DNA from: Leptonemataceae bacterium
GTDB taxonomy: Bacteria; Spirochaetota; Leptospiria; Leptospirales; Leptonemataceae
Assembly: GCA_965227295.1 (NCBI GenBank)
Contig: OZ245742.1
Location: 1,696,001 to 1,760,000, forward strand
DNA: 64,000 nt
Direction: 5' to 3'
Shown here: positions 50,070-60,099 of the stretch, piece after piece
Numbering within the stretch: position 1 is the stretch's first letter
How the letters are laid out: every line of letters starts with the position of its first letter
Notes under the pieces: generated by a model
Databases searched by the model: none
What the model saw: only the letters and a program-made list of their open reading frames with translations
What the model was told of the DNA's origin: nothing
Position numbers and translations under genes: made by a program

Positions 50070-52007
50070 ATGCAAACACGACAGGACATGCGAGACCTTA
50101 CACAACTTTTACGGGCCACGGTAGAACGCCACGGAACCCGGCCGGCCTTCGCCCGGCGCGGTTCCGGCAAAGAATTTCTCGCCGTAACTTACGAAGAACT
50201 TTACGAACGGGTCCTGGCCCTGGGCACCGCGTTAATTCAACACTGCGGCCTGGCGCCCCGGGAGCATGTCGGCCTCATCGCCGACAATCGTCTGGAATGG
50301 ATCATCGCGGACCTGGCCGTGATCTGCGCCGGAGCCGCGGACGTGCCGCGCGGCGCCGATGCCACCGACGGGGACCTCGAGTACATCCTACCGCACGCCG
50401 GCGCGCGGATCGTCTTTCTGGAAAATTCCGCCTTGTTGTCCCGGGTGCTTGCCGCGCACGATCGTTATCCCGGCGTCGAACACTGGATTCTTATGAGCGG
50501 TTCCGCTCCCGATCACGCGGACTTCCATGCCTTCGACGAGCTGCTCGATCTGGGCCGCCGTCTGCGCAAAGACGGCGATCGTACCATGGAGGAGCGCATG
50601 GCCGGAGTCCGGCCGGAAGATCTGTTTACCTTGATCTACACGTCCGGAACCACCGGCGCCCCGAAAGGCGTCATGCTCAGCCACGACAACGTCATGTCCC
50701 AGGTGCGCAATCTGCCCCTGGCACTAACATCTACGGACCGAATGTTATCGATCCTGCCCATCTGGCACATCTTTGAGCGCGCCCTGGAGATCGCCTCCAT
50801 CGCCGGCGGAGCCTGTACGTATTACACGAACGTGCGCAACATCCGCGATGATCTGCGCACGGTGCGGCCCACAGTCCTCGGTTCGGCGCCGCGACTCTGG
50901 GAGAACCTGTACAACGCCATCTTGCAGAAGGTTTCCGAGGGCCGGCCCGTGCAACGCATGCTCTTTCACGCGGCCTACCGTACGGCGCAGCGTTTTTATG
51001 CGGCCGTCCGCCGTTTGCGTGGAACCGCGCTGCGTTTACAGGGCGGTGAAGGATGGGGCCTGCGTCTGCTGCGCCGTGCCGGCAGTGTCGTTACGATATT
51101 GGTGTTCGCGATTCCGTACTTCGTACTGGATCGCATCGTGCTGAAAAAGATTCGCGCGGTAACCGGCGGCGTCATGCGCGGATCGTTATCCGGCGGCGGG
51201 GCGTTGCCCGAGCACATCGACCGATTCTTTAACGACATCGGCATTCCGGTACTTGAAGGCTACGGACTTACGGAGACCTCGCCCATCTTAAGCATGCGTA
51301 CGTTCGATCATCTGGTCATCGGAACCGCGGGGGACGTCTTCCCCGGTACCGACCTGCGATTGGTGGACCTGAAAACCGGCGAAGTCGTATTTGAAACCGG
51401 TTCCCCCAACGTGCGTACGATCGGCGCGCCCGGCGAGATTCACGCGCGCGGTCCGCAGGTGATGCAGGGTTACTATCGTAATCCGGAGGCCACCCGCCGG
51501 GTCCTCGACGGGGACGGCTGGTTCAACACCGGCGACATCGGACTCATGACCGCCAACGGTTGCCTGAAAATCATCGGTCGTTCGAAAGAAACGATCGTCC
51601 TTTCCGGCGGCGAAAACGTGGAACCGGTGCCCGTCGAAAACACGCTCCAGCAATCGCCGTACATCGATCAGTGCATGTTGATCGGCCAGGACCGCAAGTA
51701 CCTGGCGGCGCTGATCGTGCCGTCCGCGGCCGCGCTGGAAGAGTTCCAGTGCGTCGATCTCGCGGAGGCCGCGGAGAATGCCGCGCTGAAGCAGCGTATC
51801 GGCGTCGAGATCCGCGGGCTGGTAAATGCGGAGCACGGCTTCAAGTCTTTCGAGCGCGTGGCGGACTTCGTGATTTTGCCGGTGCCGTTCCGGGTCGGTG
51901 AAGAACTGACGGCCAAGATGTCTCTGCGCCGCCATGTCATTACGGAGAGGTATGCATCGCTTATCGAACAGGTGTATGCCCGCCGGGAGGTGAGTCGCCG
52001 CGTGTGA
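50070..52007 (+). CDS. Long-chain fatty-acid--CoA ligase
   Basis: IYTSGTTGAPKG, EGYGLTET, WFNTGD, GRSKETIVLSGGENVEP. Confidence 0.93.
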   Translation: MQTRQDMRDLTQLLRATVERHGTRPAFARRGSGKEFLAVTYEELYERVLALGTALIQHCGLAPREHVGLIADNRLEWIIADLAVICAGAADVPRGADATDGDLEYILPHAGARIVFLENSALLSRVLAAHDRYPGVEHWILMSGSAPDHADFHAFDELLDLGRRLRKDGDRTMEERMAGVRPEDLFTLIYTSGTTGAPKGVMLSHDNVMSQVRNLPLALTSTDRMLSILPIWHIFERALEIASIAGGACTYYTNVRNIRDDLRTVRPTVLGSAPRLWENLYNAILQKVSEGRPVQRMLFHAAYRTAQRFYAAVRRLRGTALRLQGGEGWGLRLLRRAGSVVTILVFAIPYFVLDRIVLKKIRAVTGGVMRGSLSGGGALPEHIDRFFNDIGIPVLEGYGLTETSPILSMRTFDHLVIGTAGDVFPGTDLRLVDLKTGEVVFETGSPNVRTIGAPGEIHARGPQVMQGYYRNPEATRRVLDGDGWFNTGDIGLMTANGCLKIIGRSKETIVLSGGENVEPVPVENTLQQSPYIDQCMLIGQDRKYLAALIVPSAAALEEFQCVDLAEAAENAALKQRIGVEIRGLVNAEHGFKSFERVADFVILPVPFRVGEELTAKMSLRRHVITERYASLIEQVYARREVSRRV

Positions 52008-52181
52008 GCGCGGCGGCTTCGGATTTTTTCTGATTGTTAGTTTTTTGTTCAGAAAAGGGTTGCAATCTCCGGCAAGCATCGTAAAAACGGAAGGAATGTT
52101 CATTCCGCACCATTGGCGCGGGTGAGCAAATATATACGATAGTGTGTTCCCGGTCGCTTGCGGCCGGTTCAGGAGAGTATC

Positions 52182-54086
52182 ATGCGAACGTTCGGATTTC
52201 CGAAACTCGCCGTACCGGCTCTTTTGACGGTACTGGTCAGTCCTTTTATCATGGGCTTCAAGCCCCCGCCCGCGCCGGCGGTCTCGCCTTCTACGGCGAC
52301 CCTGGCGGCGGATCCTCTGCCATTCGCCCTCGGCTCCGTCGACGGCTACGGTGACTATCACATTCACCAGCTCTCTTCGCTGGGTTACGACGGCCGTCTG
52401 CTCTGGGGCAGCTACCAGGGTTCGGAAGGCACGGCTTTGAAATCGTGCAGCGGTCACAACCACGCCGTGAACTGGATTCCCGGCTTCGTCACGAATCTCT
52501 TTCATCAGGCCGAAGTCGGCATGCATACCTTCGGCACGAAGGGCTACGACAGCAACTCCTCGAAGCGCTACAAAGACTGGCCGCTCTGGAAGACCGTTAC
52601 GCACCAGCAGGTGTGGGAGGGCTGGCTCAAGAAAGCCCACGACGACGGCCTGAATCTGATCGTCATGTCCGCCGTAAACTTTCGGTATATCTGCGGCATC
52701 ATGCCGGCGGCGCGGGGCTTTGATGATCGCTCCGGCGGCGTCAAGCCGTGCGACGACATGAAGAACGTACGCCGGCAGATTATTGCGGCGAAAGAATTTG
52801 CCGCCGCGCGTTCGTGGTATGAGATTGTTCTGACGCCGGAGCACGCTCGCCGCGCCATCCAGGAAGGCAAGCTGGCCGTGGTGCTCGCCATCGAAACCAG
52901 CGAGATCTTCAAAGACGTCGATAACGAAACCGAACTGCGGGCGGCACTGAACGAGTACTACGATCTCGGTGTGCGTTCCATTCAGCCGGTGCACGAACTG
53001 GATAATCAGTTCTCCGGCACGGCCTACTTCCAGGGCCTCTTCGACATCGTACAGGCCTTCGTGAACGTCAAAGAATGGGCCGGCTCCGGTTTCTCCGGCG
53101 GCATCGACGAACTATCCAACGCCATTAAGGGCATTCAGTTAGATTCTAACGATCATAACGTTAAAGGACTGTCGCCGCTCGGCAAGCGCTTTATTCAGTT
53201 GATGATGGACAAGAAGATGGTCGTGGACCTGGCGCACATGTCCCAGCGCGCGTTTAACGATACCTACAACATCGCCGTGCAGAACGATTACTATCCCCTG
53301 CTGCTCTCCCACGGCCACTACCGTGAGATGTACACGGGCAAGAAGGTGGACGAGAAGAAAGTCTCGCCGGACGGCATTCGCAAGATCAAACGCACCGGCG
53401 GTATCTTCGGCCTGCGCACCGGCAACGAGCGGCGCCGGACCTACACGCGTTCCGGTGTGGCGAACAACTGCTCCGGTTCGACTCGCTCCTGGGCGCAGTC
53501 GTACATGCTCGGCGCTGTCGGTTACGGCATTCCCCAGGGTTTCGCCAGCGACATGAACGGCTTCATCGATCAGATTCGTCCGCGTTACTACGACTCGGGC
53601 AGCAAGTGGTCCGGCAACGATCCGAAGAAATGGGCGTGCGGCAGCGATGCCAATCATCCCGAGGCGGAACTGGCGCAGCAGCAACAGGGCAACCGCTTCT
53701 CCAACGGCACCGGTACCGACTTCGACCTCATCGGTTACGCGCACATCGGTCTTACGAAGCAGGTCATTCGTGATCTGAACAAACTGGGCGTCGCCACCGT
53801 ACAGCTCGAAGATTCCGCTGAGTCCTTCCTGGGCATGTGGGACCGGGCCTACTCCCCGAGCCGTGGTCCCGAGAGCAACACGATCGACAACAGCGGGATC
53901 GTTACCGAGCACAGCGACGAAAAGTGCCCGGGTCTGCGCACGAAGCTGGGTAGCTACAGCGCGAAGCCGGTCTGCAAGGCCCTGCCGCACTTCAAGATCA
54001 AAGAGCGCAAGTGCGACGGCAGCAAGTGGAACGGCTACTGCATCTGGAATAAGGGCAGTTGGTACAAGGCCCGCCAGTTGAAGTAA
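52182..54086 (+). CDS. Secreted amidohydrolase of the membrane-dipeptidase superfamily, possibly sphingolipid ceramide N-deacylase-like, with a Cys-rich tail
   Basis: DYHIH, WP..THQQ..W, GKLAVVLAIE, VHELDN, VDLAHMS, SHG, SDMNG; AGGAG RBS. Confidence 0.75.
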   Translation: MRTFGFPKLAVPALLTVLVSPFIMGFKPPPAPAVSPSTATLAADPLPFALGSVDGYGDYHIHQLSSLGYDGRLLWGSYQGSEGTALKSCSGHNHAVNWIPGFVTNLFHQAEVGMHTFGTKGYDSNSSKRYKDWPLWKTVTHQQVWEGWLKKAHDDGLNLIVMSAVNFRYICGIMPAARGFDDRSGGVKPCDDMKNVRRQIIAAKEFAAARSWYEIVLTPEHARRAIQEGKLAVVLAIETSEIFKDVDNETELRAALNEYYDLGVRSIQPVHELDNQFSGTAYFQGLFDIVQAFVNVKEWAGSGFSGGIDELSNAIKGIQLDSNDHNVKGLSPLGKRFIQLMMDKKMVVDLAHMSQRAFNDTYNIAVQNDYYPLLLSHGHYREMYTGKKVDEKKVSPDGIRKIKRTGGIFGLRTGNERRRTYTRSGVANNCSGSTRSWAQSYMLGAVGYGIPQGFASDMNGFIDQIRPRYYDSGSKWSGNDPKKWACGSDANHPEAELAQQQQGNRFSNGTGTDFDLIGYAHIGLTKQVIRDLNKLGVATVQLEDSAESFLGMWDRAYSPSRGPESNTIDNSGIVTEHSDEKCPGLRTKLGSYSAKPVCKALPHFKIKERKCDGSKWNGYCIWNKGSWYKARQLK

Positions 54087-54119
54087 GATTCATCGGGTAA
54101 TCTTTAGCAAACGATTCTT

Positions 54120-54728
54120 ATGAACCGCAAGTTCACTCTGATTCTCACGGTCGTCGTCGCCCTCGGGCTGGCGACGACCGTGTATTTTGTCCTCTCCGGC
54201 ACTGGTGACGAGGCTGCTGTTCTCGACGGCGCTTCCTCCGCCGCGGATTCCGGAGGCAGTCTGGCGAATCTCTTCGGCGCCGCGGACGCGGACTCCTCGG
54301 AATTCGGTTCCCTGGCTTTCGAACGAAACGCCCTCACGAATGAGGCTTACACGCCGGAGCAGATTGAGCGGATCGAGTACCTGGCCGGACAGTTCCCGGA
54401 CAACGTGCTCATTCCGCGGCCGGAGGGAGATCCGGAGCGGCAGCGCCGGGAAGAAGAGGCCCGCCGGGCGCAGAGACTTCAGGAACGCATTACGGCGGGC
54501 GAGGCGGATACCGGCGACGTCGGCGAATACTTCGAGTACCGAACGACGGTGCTGGATGATCGTCTGGAGCTGATCGATTTCGTTCTGGCCGAGGACCAGT
54601 GGCCCGAGGAAGTACGGCGTCGCTACGTCAGCATGCGTGAGTACAACAAAGAAGCCCGGGAACGCCTGGAGGATCAACGGCGCCGTACCATTGAGGCGCT
54701 CGAGGTTCGTTCCGTTTCGACTCCGTAA
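54120..54728 (+). CDS. Single-TM-anchored helical hypothetical protein
   Basis: N-terminal TM, QFPDNVLIPR, charged helices; 33 bp after the amidohydrolase. Confidence 0.75.
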   Translation: MNRKFTLILTVVVALGLATTVYFVLSGTGDEAAVLDGASSAADSGGSLANLFGAADADSSEFGSLAFERNALTNEAYTPEQIERIEYLAGQFPDNVLIPRPEGDPERQRREEEARRAQRLQERITAGEADTGDVGEYFEYRTTVLDDRLELIDFVLAEDQWPEEVRRRYVSMREYNKEARERLEDQRRRTIEALEVRSVSTP

Positions 54729-54738
54729 CTTTCGCTGA

Positions 54739-56229
54739 TCAATCCTTCGTTTCCAGGGCTGCCTGCATCTGCGCGTGCAGTCGTGCCAGGTCTGCTTCGC
54801 CGTCGAGTCCGAAATACTCCAGTGTCCGTAGATCGCTGTAAATGCACGGATGATCGTTCGGTGCCAGTTCACGTTTCACGAATGTGTCCGCGAGATGGAC
54901 GACGTGTACAAGTTCCGGAATATCTTCGAGCGCCGACGGAATTTCATAATAGCGCAGAGCCTGAACGAGTTCCGGCGCCAGGTTTCGGTGTTCGGCGAGC
55001 CGGGCACTGCACTCCGGGGCGGAGATGCCGATCTGTAGCTCGGCGCTCTGATGTCGGCGCCAATCCGTGGCCGACCGGTCGGCAAGCCGGCGCAGGAAGC
55101 CGTAGCCGATGTTGCGTAAGAGGGCGGCGGTGCCGGCAACGTCTGCGGTCGTATCGTTGCAGGAGCGTTGGGCGAGTTCGCGGGCCATCCGGGCTCCGCG
55201 CACAGTGGCCGCGTAACCCGGGGCGGTGGAAACCGGAGATGAATCCTGGTTCGCTTCCAGTTCCGCAAAGTTACGATAAAGTAAAGTTAGGCGATCGGGA
55301 TGCGAGTCTTCCAGGGCCCGGGCAGCGGCGGCCAGAGAGAGGAACCGGGAGCCCGTGTGCGTCTGTGCCGTGGTCAGGACGGCCAGGGCCAGTCCCGGGT
55401 CTGTCTCGATGAGGCTGCGGTACTCCGCCGGGGCGGCGTTTCTCGCGAGTAACTCGTGCAGGGCCGCGGGGGTCCCCTGGGCCGGCGGCAGAAACGCCGG
55501 GGATTCCGTGGCAAACTGCCCGCGCTCCTCCAGCTTGTGCGAATAGTGACGGATATCGGTGGGGATGATCAGGCGCGAGCTACAGGTTGAGCCTCCCAGA
55601 TCAAAGTGGAAGTTTTTCGTGCCGATCCCCGACTCCCGCAAGAGCGAAAACGACAGCAGAATGCCCAGGCCCGCACCTTCGGCTCCCGCCCGGGCCTGTT
55701 CAAGTTCTGCGATGAAGCTGGTCATCCGTTCGGCGCGTTCCCATTTTTCTTTGATCTTCCCACGTTCCGCTTCCGTAATGTCGCCGGCGCTGCTGATTGT
55801 GATCTGGATATCGTCGACGTTTATGATTTCAAGGGTAATGCTGAGTCCCGGTCCGTTATGCCGCAACCGGGCGTCGCACTGTTCCGGTTCCGCGAGCGTG
55901 TCCGGAAACGTGGCCATGCCGCGCTCGTAGTCTTCGCTTGTGTGAATGTCAAGACCCAGGGCGGCGAAGTGCGCGCGTTTGAGATTTGCTTTATAGGCGT
56001 TGGATACGCATTCACTGATTACGGCCATGGCCGAGTTGCGCAGAAAGGAGAGGCCTCGCCGGGCGAGTAAGAAATACAGCGCGTGAAAGACCACGGCGAC
56101 ATACGGTTCCGCGAGGGTCGTGAAATCCAGCCGAGCCCGGCCGGTGGCCAGCAATGCATCGACGCACTGCCGCTTGCACTCATCTACGGAGCGGGGCGAT
56201 TCGGGATTTGTACCGAATACCGTCATCAC
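54739..56229 (-). CDS. HATPase-like (RsbW-type) domain fused to a degenerate HDOD domain
   Basis: ISECVSNAYKAN, GAGLGI; IETDPGLA, LLRNIG, VVHLAD. Confidence 0.7.
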   Translation of the reverse strand: MMTVFGTNPESPRSVDECKRQCVDALLATGRARLDFTTLAEPYVAVVFHALYFLLARRGLSFLRNSAMAVISECVSNAYKANLKRAHFAALGLDIHTSEDYERGMATFPDTLAEPEQCDARLRHNGPGLSITLEIINVDDIQITISSAGDITEAERGKIKEKWERAERMTSFIAELEQARAGAEGAGLGILLSFSLLRESGIGTKNFHFDLGGSTCSSRLIIPTDIRHYSHKLEERGQFATESPAFLPPAQGTPAALHELLARNAAPAEYRSLIETDPGLALAVLTTAQTHTGSRFLSLAAAARALEDSHPDRLTLLYRNFAELEANQDSSPVSTAPGYAATVRGARMARELAQRSCNDTTADVAGTAALLRNIGYGFLRRLADRSATDWRRHQSAELQIGISAPECSARLAEHRNLAPELVQALRYYEIPSALEDIPELVHVVHLADTFVKRELAPNDHPCIYSDLRTLEYFGLDGEADLARLHAQMQAALETKD

Positions 56230-56245
56230 CCGTCTTCCTCACAAC

Positions 56246-56584
56246 CTAGGAACCGCCGCCGTCGAGTTCGCTTTCTTCGTCGGCAGTCTTGAAGATTCCG
56301 CCCAACTGTGCCGTTTCCATAATTCGCTGCACCGGCCCGCGAACGCGCAGCAGTACGAACTGACCGCCGGCGGTGGTCACGCGTCGCCGAAAGTGCGAGA
56401 GCAGGGCAAGGCCGCTGGAGTCGAGGGCGCTCACCCGGCCGACGTCCACCGCTAACTTCAGCATATCTTCTTTTAAGACGTGCGCCGCGGACTCTTTGAT
56501 TTTCGGAGAAGTGCGGAAGTCAAGCTCGCCGCTCAGGACAATGATCTTCCAGTCACCGGCTGCTTCCCGGATTTCCTCGATCAT
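56246..56584 (-). CDS. STAS anti-sigma-factor antagonist
   Basis: LSGELD, LDSSGLALL; ATGA overlap with the MerR gene. Confidence 0.9.
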   Translation of the reverse strand: MIEEIREAAGDWKIIVLSGELDFRTSPKIKESAAHVLKEDMLKLAVDVGRVSALDSSGLALLSHFRRRVTTAGGQFVLLRVRGPVQRIMETAQLGGIFKTADEESELDGGGS

Positions 56585-57393
56585 TTCGTTTCTCCCTGCG
56601 CGATGATTCTGATGGGCATCTGGATTTCGGTTTCGATCTCGCCTGGCGCTCCGCTGCGAACATGAATCTCGCGGATTTGGCCGTTGATGGGGCATTCGTG
56701 TTCGTAGCTCCAGTCGAAGAGCCGTTCGTAGCAGTGGCCCAGTTCCGAGCGGTCCCCGCGGTGCCGGACACAGGCCATATTGCCGCCGGGCAACTCGCGA
56801 ATGGAGTACGGATCCGACATCTGCGGCTGTTCCAGTACGGGTACCGCCACTTCAACGTGGGGATCGTCGGTGCTCTGTTCGTCACCCCAGAGAAAGAGGG
56901 GCGAGCCTTCGATGGTGAAACTTGACTTATCCGCGAATTTGAGGAGGGCTTCGATGTGCTCCGGGACGTCGGTGTAGGTTCCGGGGCGGCGCATGGATAA
57001 CACCCGGCGCGCGGGAATTTCAATGACGTTCACCGATGCCGTGAAGGGCTCTTCGTCCGCGAAGCGCAGGTCGCGGATTTCACGTTGAAGCCGCTGAATA
57101 CTCTTCAGCCGCTCGGCCAACCAGCTCTCTTTGCTTTCCAGGGCTTTGAGGAGGGCCGCCGGGTTGCCGTCCTTTTCGTGCTGGAGGACGGTTTTGATTT
57201 CCTGGATCGAAAGATCGCAATCGCGGTAGGTCTTAATCCTGCGTGCCGTAAGGATTTGATGACGCTTGTAGTACCGGTAACCCGTGCTTTCGTCGGTGAT
57301 AGCAGGATTCAACAATCCCACTTCGTCGTAGTATCGTAAGGTCTTCGCAGGCAGACCGGTGATGCCGGAAAACTGGCCGATCGTGTAAAGCAT
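56581..57393 (-). CDS. MerR-family regulator with a GyrI-like ligand domain (BmrR type)
   Basis: YTIGQFS..KTLRYYDEVGLL..GYRYY; C-terminal HRG..Y..L..W..REI. Confidence 0.92.
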   Translation of the reverse strand: MLYTIGQFSGITGLPAKTLRYYDEVGLLNPAITDESTGYRYYKRHQILTARRIKTYRDCDLSIQEIKTVLQHEKDGNPAALLKALESKESWLAERLKSIQRLQREIRDLRFADEEPFTASVNVIEIPARRVLSMRRPGTYTDVPEHIEALLKFADKSSFTIEGSPLFLWGDEQSTDDPHVEVAVPVLEQPQMSDPYSIRELPGGNMACVRHRGDRSELGHCYERLFDWSYEHECPINGQIREIHVRSGAPGEIETEIQMPIRIIAQGETK

Positions 57394-57484
57394 GGTTTCG
57401 GGAGGTTGCGCCGGGCGCAATCCTCGAAAGATCGTCCGCGCGCCGCGAGAGCGCAAGACGAATTTATTTTGATCCACGCAATCC

Positions 57485-59032
57485 TCAGAATACGAAGTAG
57501 ATGAACTGGTGGCTGCCCACGGCGGTGGCAGGCATCACCAATCCGCCGACGACGGCCCCCGTGATTAGGAGTAGCCAGGGATCGTAGCGACGCAGGCGTT
57601 CCAGGAAAGCCGGCGAGGTTTCGCGGTACTGGACGATGTGAAAAAAGACGACGCCCAGGGTCATGACAAAGATCGGCTCCCAGTTGGACAGGCTGCGCAG
57701 GGTGAATACATCTTCGCCGAAGACATGCTGTGCATGGGTCGGATCGCCGCCGCCCGCGATGAAGTCCTGCAGGGCCGCGGCGGGCCAGTGAGTGAACAGG
57801 CCGCCGAAGATTTCCGCCATGATCCATCCCGACGAATAAAAGCGACCGTCGGCGTACTCCACGGGGTTCGAGCGAAACATGAGCGCGCCGAGGCAGAAGA
57901 GCCAGAACATGAACAGGATCTTCATCGTGATCAGCACGCGGTTTTTACGCGGCGTCGTATTGATGCCCAGGTCGTCTTCGACGAATCGTTCGATGGCCAG
58001 CAGCAGGCCCCAGAAGGCGCCCCAGGCCACATAGGTGTAATCGGCGCCGTGCCACAGTCCGCCGAGCGTGAACGTCACGGCCAGGTTGAAGTATGTTCGC
58101 CAGTGGCTCACGCGATTGCCGCCGAGGGGAATGTAGATGTAGTCGCGCAGCCAGGTGGCCAGGGTGATGTGCCAGCGCTGCCAGAGTTCCCGCGCGCTCT
58201 TCGAGAAATACGGCGCCCGAAAGTTTTCGGGGATGTCGTAGCCCAGGTTCTTCGCCACGCCGCGAGCAATGTCCGTGTAACCGGAGAAGTCGCAGTACAC
58301 CTGAATCGAAAAGCACATGCCGGCGAGCATTAACGACCAGGCGTTGTAAGTTTGCGGCTCGCGAAAGACCGGCGCCAGGATGATCCCCATGGGATCTGCG
58401 AAGACGACCTTCTTTACGAGGCCGCCGAGAATCAACCAGAGCCCGTCGTACATGCGTCGCCGGTCGATGGACGGCGAATCGATCTGATCGATGAAGTCCG
58501 TCGAGCGCATGATGGGCCCGGCGATGAGCTGCGGAAAAAAGAGAATGAACAAGAAGAACCGCGCCGGTCCCGGATCGCGTTCGATGTGCCCGCGATGTAC
58601 ATCCACGACGTAGGCCGTGAGCTGGAACGTGTAAAAACTGATCGCGAGCGGGAGAAAGAGATCGATCTCTGCCGCGGCCTCGGGTACGGGAATGCCGGCG
58701 TCTTCCAGAATGCGCCGCAGAAAATCGAAGTACTTAAAGATGCCCAGGTTCAGCAGGTTCAGTACGACGATGATCTTGATGAAAACATCTTTGCGAGACT
58801 GGCTGCGTGCCCCGAGCAACAAACGCGAGAAGGCGTAGTTCAACGCCACCATGAACAGGAAGTGCGCCGTCCAGCGCAGGCCCCACCAGCCCTCGGACTG
58901 CAAACCCCAGGTGGCATAAAAAACGATCGAAGCAAAGATCAGGAAATACTGACGCAGGCGACCGCCGACGTTCCAGTAGACCGTGTAAACGATCGCAATG
59001 AAAAAGAGAAATACGAAGGAGTTGAAGAGCAT
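57485..59032 (-). CDS. MBOAT-family O-acyltransferase (AlgI/DltB-like)
   Basis: MLFNS, LPLAISFYTFQ, FFPQLIAGPI, DFSGYTD, RWHITL, GLWHGA. Confidence 0.94.
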   Translation of the reverse strand: MLFNSFVFLFFIAIVYTVYWNVGGRLRQYFLIFASIVFYATWGLQSEGWWGLRWTAHFLFMVALNYAFSRLLLGARSQSRKDVFIKIIVVLNLLNLGIFKYFDFLRRILEDAGIPVPEAAAEIDLFLPLAISFYTFQLTAYVVDVHRGHIERDPGPARFFLFILFFPQLIAGPIMRSTDFIDQIDSPSIDRRRMYDGLWLILGGLVKKVVFADPMGIILAPVFREPQTYNAWSLMLAGMCFSIQVYCDFSGYTDIARGVAKNLGYDIPENFRAPYFSKSARELWQRWHITLATWLRDYIYIPLGGNRVSHWRTYFNLAVTFTLGGLWHGADYTYVAWGAFWGLLLAIERFVEDDLGINTTPRKNRVLITMKILFMFWLFCLGALMFRSNPVEYADGRFYSSGWIMAEIFGGLFTHWPAAALQDFIAGGGDPTHAQHVFGEDVFTLRSLSNWEPIFVMTLGVVFFHIVQYRETSPAFLERLRRYDPWLLLITGAVVGGLVMPATAVGSHQFIYFVF

Positions 59033-59067
59033 CGAAAGTGGATAAGAAAAAATCTAAGTCCGCGCTG

Positions 59068-60099
59068 CTATAAATACGGTCGCACACACTCCGCCACAAT
59101 GGGCACGAATTCTTCCACGGCCCGTTCCAGATCCATGGAGAGCGTGGCTCCGCAGGCATTGCGATGTCCGCCGCCGCCGTAGCGTTTGACCGCCGGCAAG
59201 AGATCCACTTCGCCCTTCGAACGCAGGGACGCCTTGGTGCGATCGGCGTCGCGTTCCGTGAAGAGCACGGCGGCCAGAATCTCGTCGGCTTCAATGAGTT
59301 CGTTCAGGATGCCGTCCAGATCATCGAAACTCGCGGAGACTTCGTCGAGCTGGCGGCGGCGAATGCTGAACCAGGCGATGCGGCGTTCTTCATCCACCCG
59401 CATGGAATCGTACAACAGGCGCCGCCCCCACAGCCGGCTGACGTTCCAGCTGGAAAACAAACGGTCGCCCATGTCCGCCGGGTTGACGCCCAGTTCCAGC
59501 AGGCGCGCGGCCACGCGATGGGTCTCGGGTTTCGTCTTCTGATAGCGAAAGTGGCCGGTATCCACCACCATGCCGGCGTAGATCGATGCGGCGATCTTGC
59601 TGTCCAGCTCCACGCCGGCCTTGCACAGCAGGTGATAGACCATCTCGGACGTGGAGCCGGCGTCGGCGTCCAGGAAGACCGAGCGAAAATCCGACGGCAG
59701 CCCGTCGTGGTGGTCGATGACCACTAAGTTCGAACGATCATCACTTACGTAAGAGCCCGCGTCGCCGGAGCGTTGCAGGTCCGAGTTATCCAGAAAAACC
59801 ACCGTGCGGCCGTTCAGTTCCTCGCGCGGGATGTTCATGCTCGCGTCTTTGACACGGCGGTCCGGGTCCAGGAAGCGATAGCGCAGCGGCACCGGATCGT
59901 GATTGTAAATGATGACGTCCTTGCCCATTTCACGCAGCAGGTAGTCCAGGGCGAGTTCCGCGCCGATGCCGTCGGGATCCGGGCCGCGGTGCGTTGTTAA
60001 CAGGAAACGATCTCCGGCTAAGAGGCGTTCCAGCAGGTTCCCGTAGAGCTGTTCGCTCAGGTCTTCGGCGCTGCTGTCTACGGTACCGAGCGTGCTCAC
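59068..60099 (-). CDS. nrnA: DHH/DHHA1 phosphoesterase (NrnA-like)
   Basis: HRGPDPDGIG, IDHH, DTGHF, SLRS, GGGHRNACG. Confidence 0.88.
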   Translation of the reverse strand: MSTLGTVDSSAEDLSEQLYGNLLERLLAGDRFLLTTHRGPDPDGIGAELALDYLLREMGKDVIIYNHDPVPLRYRFLDPDRRVKDASMNIPREELNGRTVVFLDNSDLQRSGDAGSYVSDDRSNLVVIDHHDGLPSDFRSVFLDADAGSTSEMVYHLLCKAGVELDSKIAASIYAGMVVDTGHFRYQKTKPETHRVAARLLELGVNPADMGDRLFSSWNVSRLWGRRLLYDSMRVDEERRIAWFSIRRRQLDEVSASFDDLDGILNELIEADEILAAVLFTERDADRTKASLRSKGEVDLLPAVKRYGGGGHRNACGATLSMDLERAVEEFVPIVAECVRPYL

